64,000 nt of DNA from Meiothermus sp. (GCA_033762915.1 JANRLD010000084.1:1-64000); one strand, 5' to 3'; positions 11,152 through 21,767 are shown, counted from the stretch's first letter. The notes: generated by a model not told the origin, from the sequence alone. Translations and numbers: made by a program.

Positions 11152-12035
11152 AGATTCAAATCGTCGAGGTTGGGGCGCGAGACGGTCTGCAGAACGAGAC
11201 CAGGGTTCTCGAGCCTGCGGTGCGGGCCGAGTTGGTTAACCGGCTGATCGGCGCGGGACTGGGGCGCCTGGAGGCGGTCAGTTTCGTCAACCCGGCCAGG
11301 GTGCCACAGATGGCCGGCGCGGAGGAGGTTCTGGGGCTGATCAGGCCGCGGGGGGCCGAGGTTGCGGGCCTGGTGCTTAACGAGAAAGGCTACGAGCGGG
11401 CGGCGGCGGCAGGCGTTCGGGACATCCGCTACTCCTTCCCGGCCAGCGACGCCTTCGCCCGGCGCAACCAGAACTCGACTGTAAGCGAGTCTCTCGAGCT
11501 GGCCGCCCGCCTTATTGGTCGGGCCCGGGTCGACGGCAGGCGCTTGGGGGTGGTGCTGGGAACAGCGTTTGGCTGTCCGTTTGAGGGCGAGATTCCCGCC
11601 CGCAGGGTCATTGCTCTGGGAGAGCGGCTGCTCGAGCTGCAGCCCGGCGAGCTGATCCTGGCCGATACCATCGGGGTGGGGGTACCGGGGCAGGTTCGCG
11701 AACTGCTGGGGGCCTTGAGCAACCCCGTGGTTCCCCTGGGATTGCACCTGCACAACACCCGCAACACCGGCTACGCCAACGCGCTGGCGGGGGTCGAGAG
11801 CGGCGCAGTCATCCTGGACAGCTCGGTGGGCGGCATTGGGGGCTGCCCATTCGCCCCTAAGGCCACCGGCAACATCGCCACCGAGGACTTGGTCTATCTG
11901 CTGCACCGCTCGGGTTATGCGACGGGTATAGACCTCGAGCAGCTGCTCGAGGTCTCGGTATGGCTCTCAGAGGTGTTGGCCAAACCCTTGCCCGGTTTGG
12001 TTTATAAGGCGGGCGGCTTCCCGCCCGCTGGGTAG
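11148..12035 (+). CDS. Hydroxymethylglutaryl-CoA lyase
   Basis: RDGLQNE, FGCPFEG, HLHNT and GGCPFAP...GN motifs. Confidence 0.93.
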   Translation: MKIQIVEVGARDGLQNETRVLEPAVRAELVNRLIGAGLGRLEAVSFVNPARVPQMAGAEEVLGLIRPRGAEVAGLVLNEKGYERAAAAGVRDIRYSFPASDAFARRNQNSTVSESLELAARLIGRARVDGRRLGVVLGTAFGCPFEGEIPARRVIALGERLLELQPGELILADTIGVGVPGQVRELLGALSNPVVPLGLHLHNTRNTGYANALAGVESGAVILDSSVGGIGGCPFAPKATGNIATEDLVYLLHRSGYATGIDLEQLLEVSVWLSEVLAKPLPGLVYKAGGFPPAG

Positions 12036-12062
12036 GCCGGGCCGGTTGCCGCCCGGACCAAC

Positions 12063-12467
12063 TCACTGCCCGCCAAGCCGGTAGCGCAGCATCCGCAACT
12101 GGAAATACATAAAGCAGCCTACGCAGATCTTGGTGGTCAGGTTCAGCAGGGCCAGCGCCGCGACCGTCAAGGCCAGGGAACTTCCGAGGGCCGTCCAACC
12201 CAGCACGTAGCCCAGGGTAGCCGCGCCCAGGAATACCGCGCCTACGGTACGGGCGAAGCGGTGCGGGCGCGGGTCTTCGTCACGCAGGAACGGCCCGACG
12301 CCCGATCGCTTCTTGAGCCAAACCAGCCCGTCAAAGCCCAGGTGCTGCGAGATCATCAGCACGAACAGCACCCCCACCAGCCAGTGTTGGCCGGTGAGTA
12401 CGGCGAGCGGGATCAGTAGGGTAAGGAAGAACTGGTTGAATCGAAGCTGGTTAAGGTCGGTCTTCAT
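12063..12467 (-). CDS. DUF4395 family membrane protein
   Basis: PHRFARTVG and ICVGCFMY motifs; TACCAT 6 nt before the ATG. Confidence 0.8.
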   Translation of the reverse strand: MKTDLNQLRFNQFFLTLLIPLAVLTGQHWLVGVLFVLMISQHLGFDGLVWLKKRSGVGPFLRDEDPRPHRFARTVGAVFLGAATLGYVLGWTALGSSLALTVAALALLNLTTKICVGCFMYFQLRMLRYRLGGQ

Positions 12468-12585
12468 GGGGCAATGGTAGGGCATTGTCGGCGCCCCAAT
12501 TGGTCAAAGATTACAAAGTTTGTAAACTAACACGGTTCGTCCCTCAAAAACGCACCGACCATCCCCAGTGTGCTACCTTGTGGAC

Positions 12586-13161
12586 ATGGAACTCCTCTGG
12601 GTCATCGTCGGGCTGGTGGGGCTGGTGGGTTTGGTCTATGTGGTGCTGTACAACAGCCTCATCGGGAAGCGCAACCAGGTTGAGAACGCCTTCGGCTCGG
12701 TAGAGACCAACCTCAAGAAGCGCTATGACCTGATTCCTAACCTGGTGGCGGCAGTGCAGAAGTACATGACCTACGAGAAAGACCTGCTCGAGCGCATCGT
12801 CAGCCTCCGCACCCAGGCCATGGCGGCGGCCGGCGGGACCCCCGACCCCGAACAGCGCTTTAAGCTCGAAGGCGACCTCTCCCAGGCCCTGCGCGGCCTG
12901 ATGATTAACGTGGAGAACTACCCCGACCTCAAGGCCAGCCAGAATATGCTCCAGTTGCAGGCCTCCTTGAACGAGGTCGAGGAGCAGATCTCGGCCAGCC
13001 GCCGTTTCTACAACGCCGCCGTGACCGACTACAACAACGCCGTCGAGATGTTCCCCTCCAACCTGGTGGCCGGCCAGATGCGCCTGACCCGCAAGCCCGT
13101 CTTCACCATTCCCGAGTCCGAGCGGGCTGCGCCGGACCTTGGGAAGATGTTTGGGGGTTAG
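12586..13161 (+). CDS. LemA family protein
   Basis: YNSL, KKRYDLIPNL, ENYPDLKA, RRFYN and FPSNLVA motifs. Confidence 0.93.
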   Translation: MELLWVIVGLVGLVGLVYVVLYNSLIGKRNQVENAFGSVETNLKKRYDLIPNLVAAVQKYMTYEKDLLERIVSLRTQAMAAAGGTPDPEQRFKLEGDLSQALRGLMINVENYPDLKASQNMLQLQASLNEVEEQISASRRFYNAAVTDYNNAVEMFPSNLVAGQMRLTRKPVFTIPESERAAPDLGKMFGG

Positions 13162-13257
13162 GAAAACGGAATCGGGATCAGGAAAAACTAGGGGCTATCC
13201 AAAGTTTATTAAGGCCGAGAGCCTTCGGCCCCCACCCACCGCCGACCTCTGAGCGCC

Positions 13258-14199
13258 ATGCAAAAATCCTTCAACGAGTTCTACCAAGCCGTTCGGCCGA
13301 CCCTCGAGCAGCTCGAGAAGGAGCGGAGGGTGGCGCTCTCGCGTTCGGCCTGGGCGGTCGGAATTGCGGTGGTAGCAGGGCTGCTGGTGACCTTGGGCAT
13401 CTTCCTGGTCAATCCGGACAACGACCCCTCGGGGGCCATTTTCGCGTTGCTGTTCTTCGCGGTGGCGGGGTATGGCTACGCCGAGTGGCGGCACCTGGGG
13501 CCCTTCCGCCGGAGGTTCAAACTCGAGGTGATCGAGCGGCTGGTCAAGTTCGTCAGCAGCGAACTGCACTACGACCCGAGCGCGGGCGTGGGGGAGCGGG
13601 CCTACCGCGATAGCCTGCTGTTCCCGCGCTCCCACGACCGATTCCGCCAGGAAGACCTGATCGCCGGCACCGTCGGACAAACCCGGCTCCGGGTCTCGGA
13701 GATTCACAGCGAGTACCGCACCCGCGACTCCAAGGGGCGCACCAACTGGCACACCATTTTCCGCGGGCTGTTCTTCGTGCTGGACTTCCCCAAGCGCTTC
13801 AACGGCACCACCCTGGTGCTGCCCGACGGCACCGGCTGGTTGGGCGGTCTGGGCGACGCAATGCAGGGCTGGGACAGCCGGGGCGAGCTGGTCAAGCTCG
13901 AGGACCCCGAGTTCGAACGCCTCTTCGTGGTGCAGGGAACCGACCAGGTGGAGGCCCGCTACCTGCTCTCGACAAGCATGATGGAGCGCATCAAAGAACT
14001 TCGCAAGCGCGGCCCACTTTACATGGCTTTCACCGGGGGCAACCTCTACGTGGGCATCTCCTCGAGCCGCGACCTCTTCGAGCCCAACGTGCTCAAGCCG
14101 CTGGGTATGGACGACCTGATGGCACACATGGGAAACCTTCGGCAGGTGCTGGGCATCGTGGACGAACTCGAGCTGAACACCCGGGTGTGGCGGGAATAA
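13258..14199 (+). CDS. DUF3137 family membrane protein
   Basis: Two transmembrane segments; TIFRGLF, VKLEDPEFE and DQVEARYLL motifs; follows lemA. Confidence 0.85.
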   Translation: MQKSFNEFYQAVRPTLEQLEKERRVALSRSAWAVGIAVVAGLLVTLGIFLVNPDNDPSGAIFALLFFAVAGYGYAEWRHLGPFRRRFKLEVIERLVKFVSSELHYDPSAGVGERAYRDSLLFPRSHDRFRQEDLIAGTVGQTRLRVSEIHSEYRTRDSKGRTNWHTIFRGLFFVLDFPKRFNGTTLVLPDGTGWLGGLGDAMQGWDSRGELVKLEDPEFERLFVVQGTDQVEARYLLSTSMMERIKELRKRGPLYMAFTGGNLYVGISSSRDLFEPNVLKPLGMDDLMAHMGNLRQVLGIVDELELNTRVWRE

Positions 14200-14349
14200 G
14201 CACCCATACCCCTCGGCCGGGTTCAACGCGGGGTTGAGTCAAGCTTCACTGGATCTTTACCCCGTACCGCCGCGCAGGACTCCACCTTGGGGTTGTGGCC
14301 AACCCGAAACCCACCGCGATGCCGGCACGTAAACGGTATCGCCAACACC

Positions 14350-17300
14350 TCATGCCAGGGATTGGAGGGAAGTGCTCCAGAGCTGTGCGAGTGCCTCAAT
14401 CTCCCGGTTGACCGGATTGCGGGTCAGATAGCCTTCGCGAAATTCTTCGGGCACGTGGTTTTGAGCAACGTGATGAATCCAGTCTTGGGCCCTGTGCAGC
14501 ATCTCCCAGGCCCCTTTGTCTTCGGCCGCCCTTAGCGCCTCGTAGCGGGCCAGCCACACCACAGCCCGCTTCCAGGGCGGCGGGTAGGCGGCCACCCGGC
14601 CGAGCGCAGCCGCGCTGTGCTCCAGGGCCTCCTGGGTACGGCCCAGCCTGAGCAGAATTCGCGCAGAGTAGGCCAGCGCCTCGGTCTCGAGGCCAGCAAT
14701 ACCCTTGGCCCTGGCCCACTCCAGCGATTTTTGCGCCTGGGCCAGACCTTCCTGGGGCTCGAGCAGCGCCGAACGCACAAGGCGCAACAGGGCCAGCCCG
14801 TGATCCCACCCGCTGGCTTCCAGCCGCTGTTCGAGCTCGGCAAACTGCTCGGCCCCGATGTCCTGGCCGCGCTGGGTCAGGTAGGCGGCACGGTGGTAGA
14901 GGCTCAAGTCGCGGTACAGCGGGGTGTGCTGGCTCTCTTGCTCGGTGGTGTGTAGCTGCTGCTCGAGCATCTCCCACGCGCCGAGTGCGCGGTAGAGCGC
15001 CCCCAGGGGCTCGATCAGAAAGGCCCGCGACTCGTGCGGCTTGAGCATCGCCTCGGCGCGGCGGAACTGAGAGAGGGCCTCGGCGTAGCGCTCCTGAGAC
15101 AAGAGCGCCCAACCCTGCTCCATCACGATCTCGTAGTGGGTGTGCTCCACCCCGTATACGCCCTCGAGCTGTGCCTCGGCCTCGCGGGCGTGTTCTAGGG
15201 CCTGCTCGTACTGGGCCAGGTAGAACTGGCTACTGGCGATGCGGCGCATGGCTTCGGCCCGCCAAACCCGGTTCGGCTCTTCGCCCTGGGCCTCGAGCGA
15301 GGCCAGCACCTTCCGGTTGTGGGCCACCACCTCGGCGTGGCGGTGGAGGTGGTACAGGATGTTGGAGTGGTTTAGGGCGTTGAAAAACAGGCCGGTCCGG
15401 TCGTCGCTGCGCTCGAGCAACTGGTCGGCCTGCTCCAGGGTCTGCAGTGCCTCCTCGTAGCGCCCCTGGTTGTTAAGTGCGTCACACAGCGCACGTAGCA
15501 GCTTGCCCGCGGTCTGGGGGTGGAGTTCCGGGTCGCCCAGCGCGGCAAGCCCGGCGCGGGCGGCCGCCTCGGCCTGAGGATATTGGCTGGTCGAGATTGC
15601 CCACCAAGCCCTGGTCGACCAAGCCTCGCCCTTCTGGCTTGGGGTGCGTGCGGTCTGAAGCAGTTGGTCGATGAGCCTCACCTGGCGCGGGCCACTGTCG
15701 TGCCGCCAGAGGCTCTCCACGGCCCAGATACGGGTCTGGAAGGCCCGGTCGAGGTCGCCGGCCTGCTCGAAGGCGTGAATAGCCTGCTCCAGCAACTCGG
15801 CCTCTTCGGTGAGGCGGTAAGCGCGGTTGGCCTGGTCGGCGGCCTCCAGAAACAGCGGGGCGGCCTTGGCGGGCTCACCCGCCTGCATCCAGTGTCGGGC
15901 GATCAGCGCAGGGCTGGCCCCAGCCTCGGTCTGCACCTCGGCGGCTCGAGCATGAAGAACCGTGCCGACAGTGGGGGCGATGCCCGAGAGCACCGTCTCG
16001 TAGATCAGATCGTGGACGAAGCTGCTGCCCCGCAGGATCTGGTGTGCCTCCAGGGACTGCCATGCCTCCATCAACTCCAGCGGGCGCTGCTCCAGCATTC
16101 TGGCGATTAGGTTGGGGCTGAAGTCGCTTTGCAAGATGGCGGCGGCCCGGGCGATGTTCAGGGCCAGCGGAGAGAGTTTGCCCAGGCGCTGGCTGATGAC
16201 AGTTCCCACCTTGCTGGGGGGCGGCAGTCGCCCCGGCCAGCCGCGCCCCAGTTGGCCGGTCTCTTGCAGGTGCCGCACCGTCTCGAGCACGAATAGGGGG
16301 TTGCCGCCGGTGAAACGTGTCATCTGCGCGGCCAGTTGCTCGAGGCCCCCCAGTTGCAATTCCGCCAGTAGGTCCCGCACCGCATCCGTCCCCAGTGGCT
16401 CCACGTCTATCAGCACCGCCAACCCAGACTCCACCAGGCTGCGCACCACGTTATGTTCGATGGCCGGATCGAGCTCGTCTCTGCGGTAGACCTGGATGGT
16501 GAACTCGAGGGCCGCGTTGCCCACCCCGCCGAATTTGCCCAGAATGTAGACCAGGGCCTCCACGGTGGCCGGGTCCATGTACTGTGCGTCGTCGCCCACG
16601 ATCACGTGGCCCCGCTGTGCCGCCCGGTTCAGCTCGGCCAGCGCGTCAAACAGGCGTATCTTCTCGGCGTCCGAGGCGATGGGGGCCGGTACCTCGCCCT
16701 GGGAGAGTTCGGGGGCCAAGCGGGACAGCTCGAGCCGCACCCAACCGGGCAGGTTTTGCAGAACTTCCGGCTGGAGCGCGGCCACCTTGCGCACCTCGCG
16801 GGCATAGGTGGCAAAGGGCACCGCCCGGTCCCCGGGACGTGGGGTGTTGACCAGCACCGGACCCTTGCTGGCCGCAAACTCCATCGCCAGCCGGGTCTTG
16901 CCCACCCCGGGCTCGCCGCGCAGGAAGACCAGCTTCCCCTGTTGGTAGGCCTCTTCCATCAAGGCCCACTCGCGCTCGCGCCCGATCAGGGGACTCGAGG
17001 CAATCGGTTTTGGCTGGGGAATGGGTTCGACCGACGGCTTCGCGCCCGTTACACTGCCGCGCTCGATTTGACGGGCCAGTTCGAAGGTCTCGGGCAGCGG
17101 CTCAGCGCCGAACTCGCGCCCAAGGATCTCCCGACAGCGCTCGAACGCCGCCAGGGCCGCGCCCCGGTCGCCCAGGAGGTAGTGCAGCCGCATCAGGCGG
17201 CGGTGGGCTTCCTCGGAAACGGGATCGAGTTCCACCGCCCGGCGCGACATGACCAGCGCCTGGGCCAACAGGCCTGAGCGCTCGAGCCGATCCGCCTCGC

Positions 17301-17763
17301 TGGCCGCGGCCTCGCGACGCAGGGCCGCGAAGGACTCGCGGGAAGCAACCAGCCACTCGTCGAAGTCCGGGCAGTCGCCGAACTCGAGCCCCTCGAGCAG
17401 CTCGCCCTCCCAGGTCGCAACCCTTGAGTACTCACCCGCGAAGGAGGCCGCCGAGAGCTGAACCGCATCCACCTCGAGCCACTCGGCCAGCGCAATGCTA
17501 TCTTCACCCACGATCAGGTCGACCCCCGCAGCGTCCCGGAAACGCTTAAGGGCCTGACGAAGGTTGTTGCGGGCCGTGGACTCCTCGGAGTCGGGCCACA
17601 GCCAGCCCGCCAAACGGTATTTGGGGGTTGCGCCCTCGAGGGCCAGATAGGCTAGAATCCCCGCTACCCGCCACTGGAGCCGCACCTCGCCCCTGGGGCT
17701 CTGCAATCGAGCGCCTCCCAGCAGTTGCAGTTGCCACGATGCTTGGGCGGTGCGGGCGATCAT
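14350..17763 (-). CDS. SARP/BTAD transcriptional activator with P-loop ATPase and TPR repeats
   Basis: N-terminal LAYLAL...LWPD...RNNLRQAL; BTAD DPVSEEAHRRLMRL; Walker A GEPGVGKT; TGGNPLF; helical repeats. Confidence 0.92.
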   Translation of the reverse strand: MIARTAQASWQLQLLGGARLQSPRGEVRLQWRVAGILAYLALEGATPKYRLAGWLWPDSEESTARNNLRQALKRFRDAAGVDLIVGEDSIALAEWLEVDAVQLSAASFAGEYSRVATWEGELLEGLEFGDCPDFDEWLVASRESFAALRREAAASEADRLERSGLLAQALVMSRRAVELDPVSEEAHRRLMRLHYLLGDRGAALAAFERCREILGREFGAEPLPETFELARQIERGSVTGAKPSVEPIPQPKPIASSPLIGREREWALMEEAYQQGKLVFLRGEPGVGKTRLAMEFAASKGPVLVNTPRPGDRAVPFATYAREVRKVAALQPEVLQNLPGWVRLELSRLAPELSQGEVPAPIASDAEKIRLFDALAELNRAAQRGHVIVGDDAQYMDPATVEALVYILGKFGGVGNAALEFTIQVYRRDELDPAIEHNVVRSLVESGLAVLIDVEPLGTDAVRDLLAELQLGGLEQLAAQMTRFTGGNPLFVLETVRHLQETGQLGRGWPGRLPPPSKVGTVISQRLGKLSPLALNIARAAAILQSDFSPNLIARMLEQRPLELMEAWQSLEAHQILRGSSFVHDLIYETVLSGIAPTVGTVLHARAAEVQTEAGASPALIARHWMQAGEPAKAAPLFLEAADQANRAYRLTEEAELLEQAIHAFEQAGDLDRAFQTRIWAVESLWRHDSGPRQVRLIDQLLQTARTPSQKGEAWSTRAWWAISTSQYPQAEAAARAGLAALGDPELHPQTAGKLLRALCDALNNQGRYEEALQTLEQADQLLERSDDRTGLFFNALNHSNILYHLHRHAEVVAHNRKVLASLEAQGEEPNRVWRAEAMRRIASSQFYLAQYEQALEHAREAEAQLEGVYGVEHTHYEIVMEQGWALLSQERYAEALSQFRRAEAMLKPHESRAFLIEPLGALYRALGAWEMLEQQLHTTEQESQHTPLYRDLSLYHRAAYLTQRGQDIGAEQFAELEQRLEASGWDHGLALLRLVRSALLEPQEGLAQAQKSLEWARAKGIAGLETEALAYSARILLRLGRTQEALEHSAAALGRVAAYPPPWKRAVVWLARYEALRAAEDKGAWEMLHRAQDWIHHVAQNHVPEEFREGYLTRNPVNREIEALAQLWSTSLQSLA

Positions 17764-17804
17764 GCTCTACAGTTTAGCCAGATTGTTTCCATCCGAATGC
17801 CCAT

Positions 17805-18647
17805 TCAACTAAGGTTGGGCCGCCAGCCGGAAGCCTCGAGTGCAATGCCCGCCCGCACGAAACCCACCAGTTCCTCGAGGTCGCCGTCGGCGGTGGCCCC
17901 ACGCGTCGCGAGGTCTTGGGCCTGCCGCAACTCCGCCAATCGCTTGCGGTAGCCCGAGGCATCCAAGACCGTCTCCTCATGGCCCAGAATCACACGCTCG
18001 GGCTCGAAGCCCTCAAGCCGATCCAGAAGCTGTTGCAGGCCGGCCGGCGTGTAGTGGGGAACCGGGGCGTAGAGGCGCTGATAGAGGCAGTCTCCCAGGA
18101 ACAGCAGCCCCTCTTCGGGCACCCAGACCACCGACGAATCGCTCGAGTGGTCTCCCCCGACGTGATGCACCTCACAGGTCAACCCACCCAGGTCTAGGGT
18201 GAGGCTCGAGTCGAACACGATCTGCGGAACCATCACCATCAGGTCGCTCCGGTCGGGCAGCTCTAGTCTGAGGTAGTCGCGACAGAACGCAATCTCGGAG
18301 CCCTCCGCGACTCGGGCATCTAGGGCCGCGTCGCTCCAGTCCAGCCGGCTCTGCCGCAGCATCTCGCGGTGGGTCCGGCGGTGGGCCACAACAGGCACCT
18401 CCAGGGCCGACCCCCCAAAGCCGTGATCCCAATGCCAGTGGGTGAGCACCGCAGCCAGGAGCGGCGGGGCACCCTCGAGCAACGGATTTCCAAGGAACGA
18501 CCGGGTGTGCCCGGGCGACGCGCCGACATCCAGGAGCAGCGAGTGGTCTTGTCCGCAGAGGTGGGCCAGCGAAGGGCGGTCCGTGCGGTTGTCGGGGGTG
18601 AGCCAGACGACGCGGTGGGTGAGGCGCTGGGCGGTGCTATCGGGCAT
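17805..18647 (-). CDS. MBL-fold metallo-hydrolase
   Basis: THWHWDH, GDHSSDS, FLGD and GH motifs. Confidence 0.9.
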   Translation of the reverse strand: MPDSTAQRLTHRVVWLTPDNRTDRPSLAHLCGQDHSLLLDVGASPGHTRSFLGNPLLEGAPPLLAAVLTHWHWDHGFGGSALEVPVVAHRRTHREMLRQSRLDWSDAALDARVAEGSEIAFCRDYLRLELPDRSDLMVMVPQIVFDSSLTLDLGGLTCEVHHVGGDHSSDSSVVWVPEEGLLFLGDCLYQRLYAPVPHYTPAGLQQLLDRLEGFEPERVILGHEETVLDASGYRKRLAELRQAQDLATRGATADGDLEELVGFVRAGIALEASGWRPNLS

Positions 18648-18789
18648 ATGGTTTAGCCTACCGCCAAAAAGTGGGCCGAGCACGAAAGGACAGAAACCGG
18701 ACGACTTGACAATTTGGGGGTCAATTGATACTGTGTATCACAAGGTATGCGCGACATAGTATGTGACACTAGGCATACCGGAGGAGTGT

Positions 18790-19161
18790 ATGTCGTCCAC
18801 TGACCCCCCTTTTGGCAATGACCACGGCGGCCCGGAGCTCAACGACCGCCTGCGGATGGAGCTGCGCCGGGGCTCGCTGGCCCTTGCAGTGCTTGCCGCA
18901 TTGCGGCGCGAGGAATACGCCTACTCGCTGCGCAAAAAGCTTCAGGCGGTGGGCCTGGACATCGAGGAAGGCACCCTGTATCCGCTAGTGCGCCGCCTCG
19001 AGCAGCAGGGCCTGTTGCACAGCCAGTGGCGCGAGGGCGACAACCGCGAGCGCCGCTACTACACGATTTCGGCCCTCGGCGAGGCGGTATTGCAGGTGCT
19101 GATCGGCGAGTGGCAGACCATAAACAAGTCCCTACATCAACTGCTGGAGGAGGCCCCGTGA
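18790..19161 (+). CDS. PadR family transcriptional regulator
   Basis: ELRRGSL, EGTLYPLVRRLE and RRYY motifs. Confidence 0.92.
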   Translation: MSSTDPPFGNDHGGPELNDRLRMELRRGSLALAVLAALRREEYAYSLRKKLQAVGLDIEEGTLYPLVRRLEQQGLLHSQWREGDNRERRYYTISALGEAVLQVLIGEWQTINKSLHQLLEEAP

Positions 19162-20102
19162 ATCTGGTACAGCGCTACATCCAAGCCGTTAAGCTCGAGC
19201 TGCCCGTCGCCGTCCGCGAGGACATCGGGCGTGAGCTACAAAGCACCATCCAAGACGAACTCGAGGCCTTCGCCCAGCGCAACGGTCGCAGCCCCAGTGA
19301 GGCCGAGGTCGGCGAACACCTGAAACGCATGGGTCATCCCGTCCGGGTCGCCAGCACCTATTGGACCCGCCGCAGCCTGGTCAGCGAGGCCGCCTACCCG
19401 CTGTACAAGCAGGCCCTGCTCGTGGCCATGTCGGTGTATGTAACCATCGGGGTGCTGATGGCAGTGGCGGAGTTGGGACAGGCCCAGACCTGGGGCCTGC
19501 TGATGTTCCCACGGGTCCTCTACGACATCGCCGCAACAGTCTTGTTCGGCTTCTTTGCGATCACCCTGGTTTTCCACTACTTCGGCGACCAGATCGCGGC
19601 CCAGCCCTATTTCTGGCGCTGGCGCACGGAACGCCTGCCCAGCGTCGAAAGCCCGGCCGCCTACCTCCCGCGCCCCCAAACAGTATCCGAGCTGTTGGGC
19701 AATGTGTTCGCGCTCACGCTACTGGCGGTGGGCCCGCTGGGCTTCCGCGCCTACGGTTTCACGCTGGACTTTAGCCCGGTGGGCGGGGTTTTGGCCGCCC
19801 TGTTGGTGCTGACACTGCTGGATTTCGGGTTGAACTTGCTCAACCTGCTTCAGCCGTATTGGACCAAGGCTAAGCTGATCGTTCGGCTGCTGGTGGGCCT
19901 TGGCGTGGGGTTCTGTCTGGTCCAGCTTTTGCTGATCCCGCAGCTGGTGGGGGCCTCGAGCACGCTCACCCTCAACCCTTCACAACTCAGCTCAATCAAC
20001 CTGAGCCTCAAGTTCACTGTGGGAATCTGTCTGGCGATCCTGGTCTGGACGGAAGGCCGAGCCTTGCTGCGTCTGCTGCCCCTCAGACTCCCCCGGTTTT
20101 AG
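19158..20102 (+). CDS. PadR-associated membrane protein (HAAS-like N-terminus)
   Basis: GTGA overlap with padR; RYIQAV...REDIGREL...GHPVRVA followed by several transmembrane segments. Confidence 0.8.
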   Translation: MNLVQRYIQAVKLELPVAVREDIGRELQSTIQDELEAFAQRNGRSPSEAEVGEHLKRMGHPVRVASTYWTRRSLVSEAAYPLYKQALLVAMSVYVTIGVLMAVAELGQAQTWGLLMFPRVLYDIAATVLFGFFAITLVFHYFGDQIAAQPYFWRWRTERLPSVESPAAYLPRPQTVSELLGNVFALTLLAVGPLGFRAYGFTLDFSPVGGVLAALLVLTLLDFGLNLLNLLQPYWTKAKLIVRLLVGLGVGFCLVQLLLIPQLVGASSTLTLNPSQLSSINLSLKFTVGICLAILVWTEGRALLRLLPLRLPRF

Positions 20103-20483
20103 GCTGCCCCATCAGGAACTTACCTGACCCTTCATACCGAATTCTTGTAAACACTGATGTATCAATCGGTCCTGAGTGTCGTTGCAGACGCAAATCCGTC
20201 GGAAGCGAAAGGAAGTCTTCACGGCAACTTGGTATCAGACCCTTCGCGCTTGGTTCGGTCGACGGGCAAAGGTGTCCAGTCCGGCTCGAGGGAGTTTAGG
20301 CAAACGCCGGTAGAGCCCACCGACACTGCTCCGACTGATTTTGGCAGTGCCCTCCCGCAAAACGCGCTGGACGGGCCTTGGCCTCAGCTTCGTCTGAGCT
20401 TCTAGCTTTCAACCCTGCCCAAAACGCACGCCGTGGCCCTGTTGGCTAGGGGCTGGCGAAGCACACCCCCAAGGAGACTCGAG

Positions 20484-21479
20484 ATGTACAACCTTCCCTC
20501 GTTCATTGGCATCATGCTGCTGATCCTGGCGATCCCGCTTAGCCTGGCCGCCCTCCTCATCGCTCAACCCGATCCAAAGTTCTCTCCGCTTCCCGCCCCC
20601 ACACCCGAGGAACTGGCAACCCTGGCCAAACGCTTCGAGCAACCCTACCCAAGCCGGGCCGAAACCCTGGAAGTTCGCGACGGGGCCACCCTCAACCTAC
20701 AGCGTTACCCGGCCGCCTCAGACACCACTGTCCTACTGCTCCATGGGGTTTTGGGCAGTGGGGCCTTGCTCAACCGCACCGCGGGCATGCTACAAGAAGC
20801 CACCGGGGCCGAAGTAGTCACGCTCGACCTGCGGGGGCACGGCCTGCGGGCCGACCGACCCGGGGACGTTGACTACATCGGCCAGTACGAAGACGATGTG
20901 GCCGACGCCATCGCCCACCTTCGCCGCAACAGGCCCGACCAGCGGATCATCCTGGCGGGGCACTCGGCGGGCGGGGGCATCAGCCTGCGCTACGCCCTTA
21001 AGGAAGCCCGCGGTGCTGCCCCTGCGGTGGACGGCTACTTGCTTTTCGCCCCGCACCTGGGGAGCAGGTCGCCCACCACCCCCACCACCTTTAGCCCCGA
21101 GGGGGCGCGGTTCGTCCAGCTTCAACTGCCTCGAGTGCTGGGGCTGAGCCTCCTAAACGCCCTGGGAATCCGTGCTGCTAACGGAGTACGGGTCTTGTTC
21201 TTCAACCTACCACCTGAGCTGCCGCTGCGGGCCTATAGCTACCGTGCCCTATCCTCGCTGTTCCCCGCCGATCATCGTCCCGCCCTCAAGGCCGTGCGCG
21301 CGCCGCTGCTGGTGGTTGTGGGCAGCCGCGACGGTTCCTTCAAGGCCACCGAATACGGCCGCGTGATTTCGGCGTATTCCAAGGGCACCGTAGAGCTTGT
21401 TGAAGGGGCCGACCACGAGGGCGTACTCACCGATGCTCGGACTTTTGAGGCGATAAAGCGCTGGTGGACACCGAACTAA
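20484..21479 (+). CDS. Alpha/beta hydrolase
   Basis: LLHG, DLRGHG, GHSAGG nucleophile elbow, catalytic D and H; N-terminal membrane anchor. Confidence 0.9.
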   Translation: MYNLPSFIGIMLLILAIPLSLAALLIAQPDPKFSPLPAPTPEELATLAKRFEQPYPSRAETLEVRDGATLNLQRYPAASDTTVLLLHGVLGSGALLNRTAGMLQEATGAEVVTLDLRGHGLRADRPGDVDYIGQYEDDVADAIAHLRRNRPDQRIILAGHSAGGGISLRYALKEARGAAPAVDGYLLFAPHLGSRSPTTPTTFSPEGARFVQLQLPRVLGLSLLNALGIRAANGVRVLFFNLPPELPLRAYSYRALSSLFPADHRPALKAVRAPLLVVVGSRDGSFKATEYGRVISAYSKGTVELVEGADHEGVLTDARTFEAIKRWWTPN

Positions 21480-21524
21480 GCCCGGCGTCAACCTGCCTCG
21501 TTTGAGGCCCAAAACTCGACAGCA

Positions 21525-21553
21525 GCGGGGCAGCCTTGTAAGGGCTGCCCCGC
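21525..21553. terminator. Hairpin between convergent genes
   Basis: GCGGGGCAGCC-N7-GGCTGCCCCGC. Confidence 0.6.
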
Positions 21554-21563
21554 CGCATCAGGG

Positions 21564-21764
21564 CTAACCAACCTGGTTTGGCCCCTCCCCTACGCCCGTT
21601 CCCCGACCCTCGACCTCCTCCAAAAACCGGTTCAGCTCAGCCTGGCTCTTGAAGTAGTGCTTCTCCTGGGTACGCACGTCGGTGGCCGAGGCGCGCCACA
21701 CATCGCCCGAAACGCAGGGCTCGAACCAGATTCGAACCACGTAGGTGCGGCTGGGGGTGCCCAC
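21564..21764 (-). CDS. Small conserved-looking protein coupled to the S8 peptidase gene
   Basis: YVVRIW...WRAS...F...EL.RFL pattern; starts 3 nt after the S8 stop, with GAGG upstream. Confidence 0.75.
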   Translation of the reverse strand: MGTPSRTYVVRIWFEPCVSGDVWRASATDVRTQEKHYFKSQAELNRFLEEVEGRGTGVGEGPNQVG

Positions 21765-21767
21765 GCG

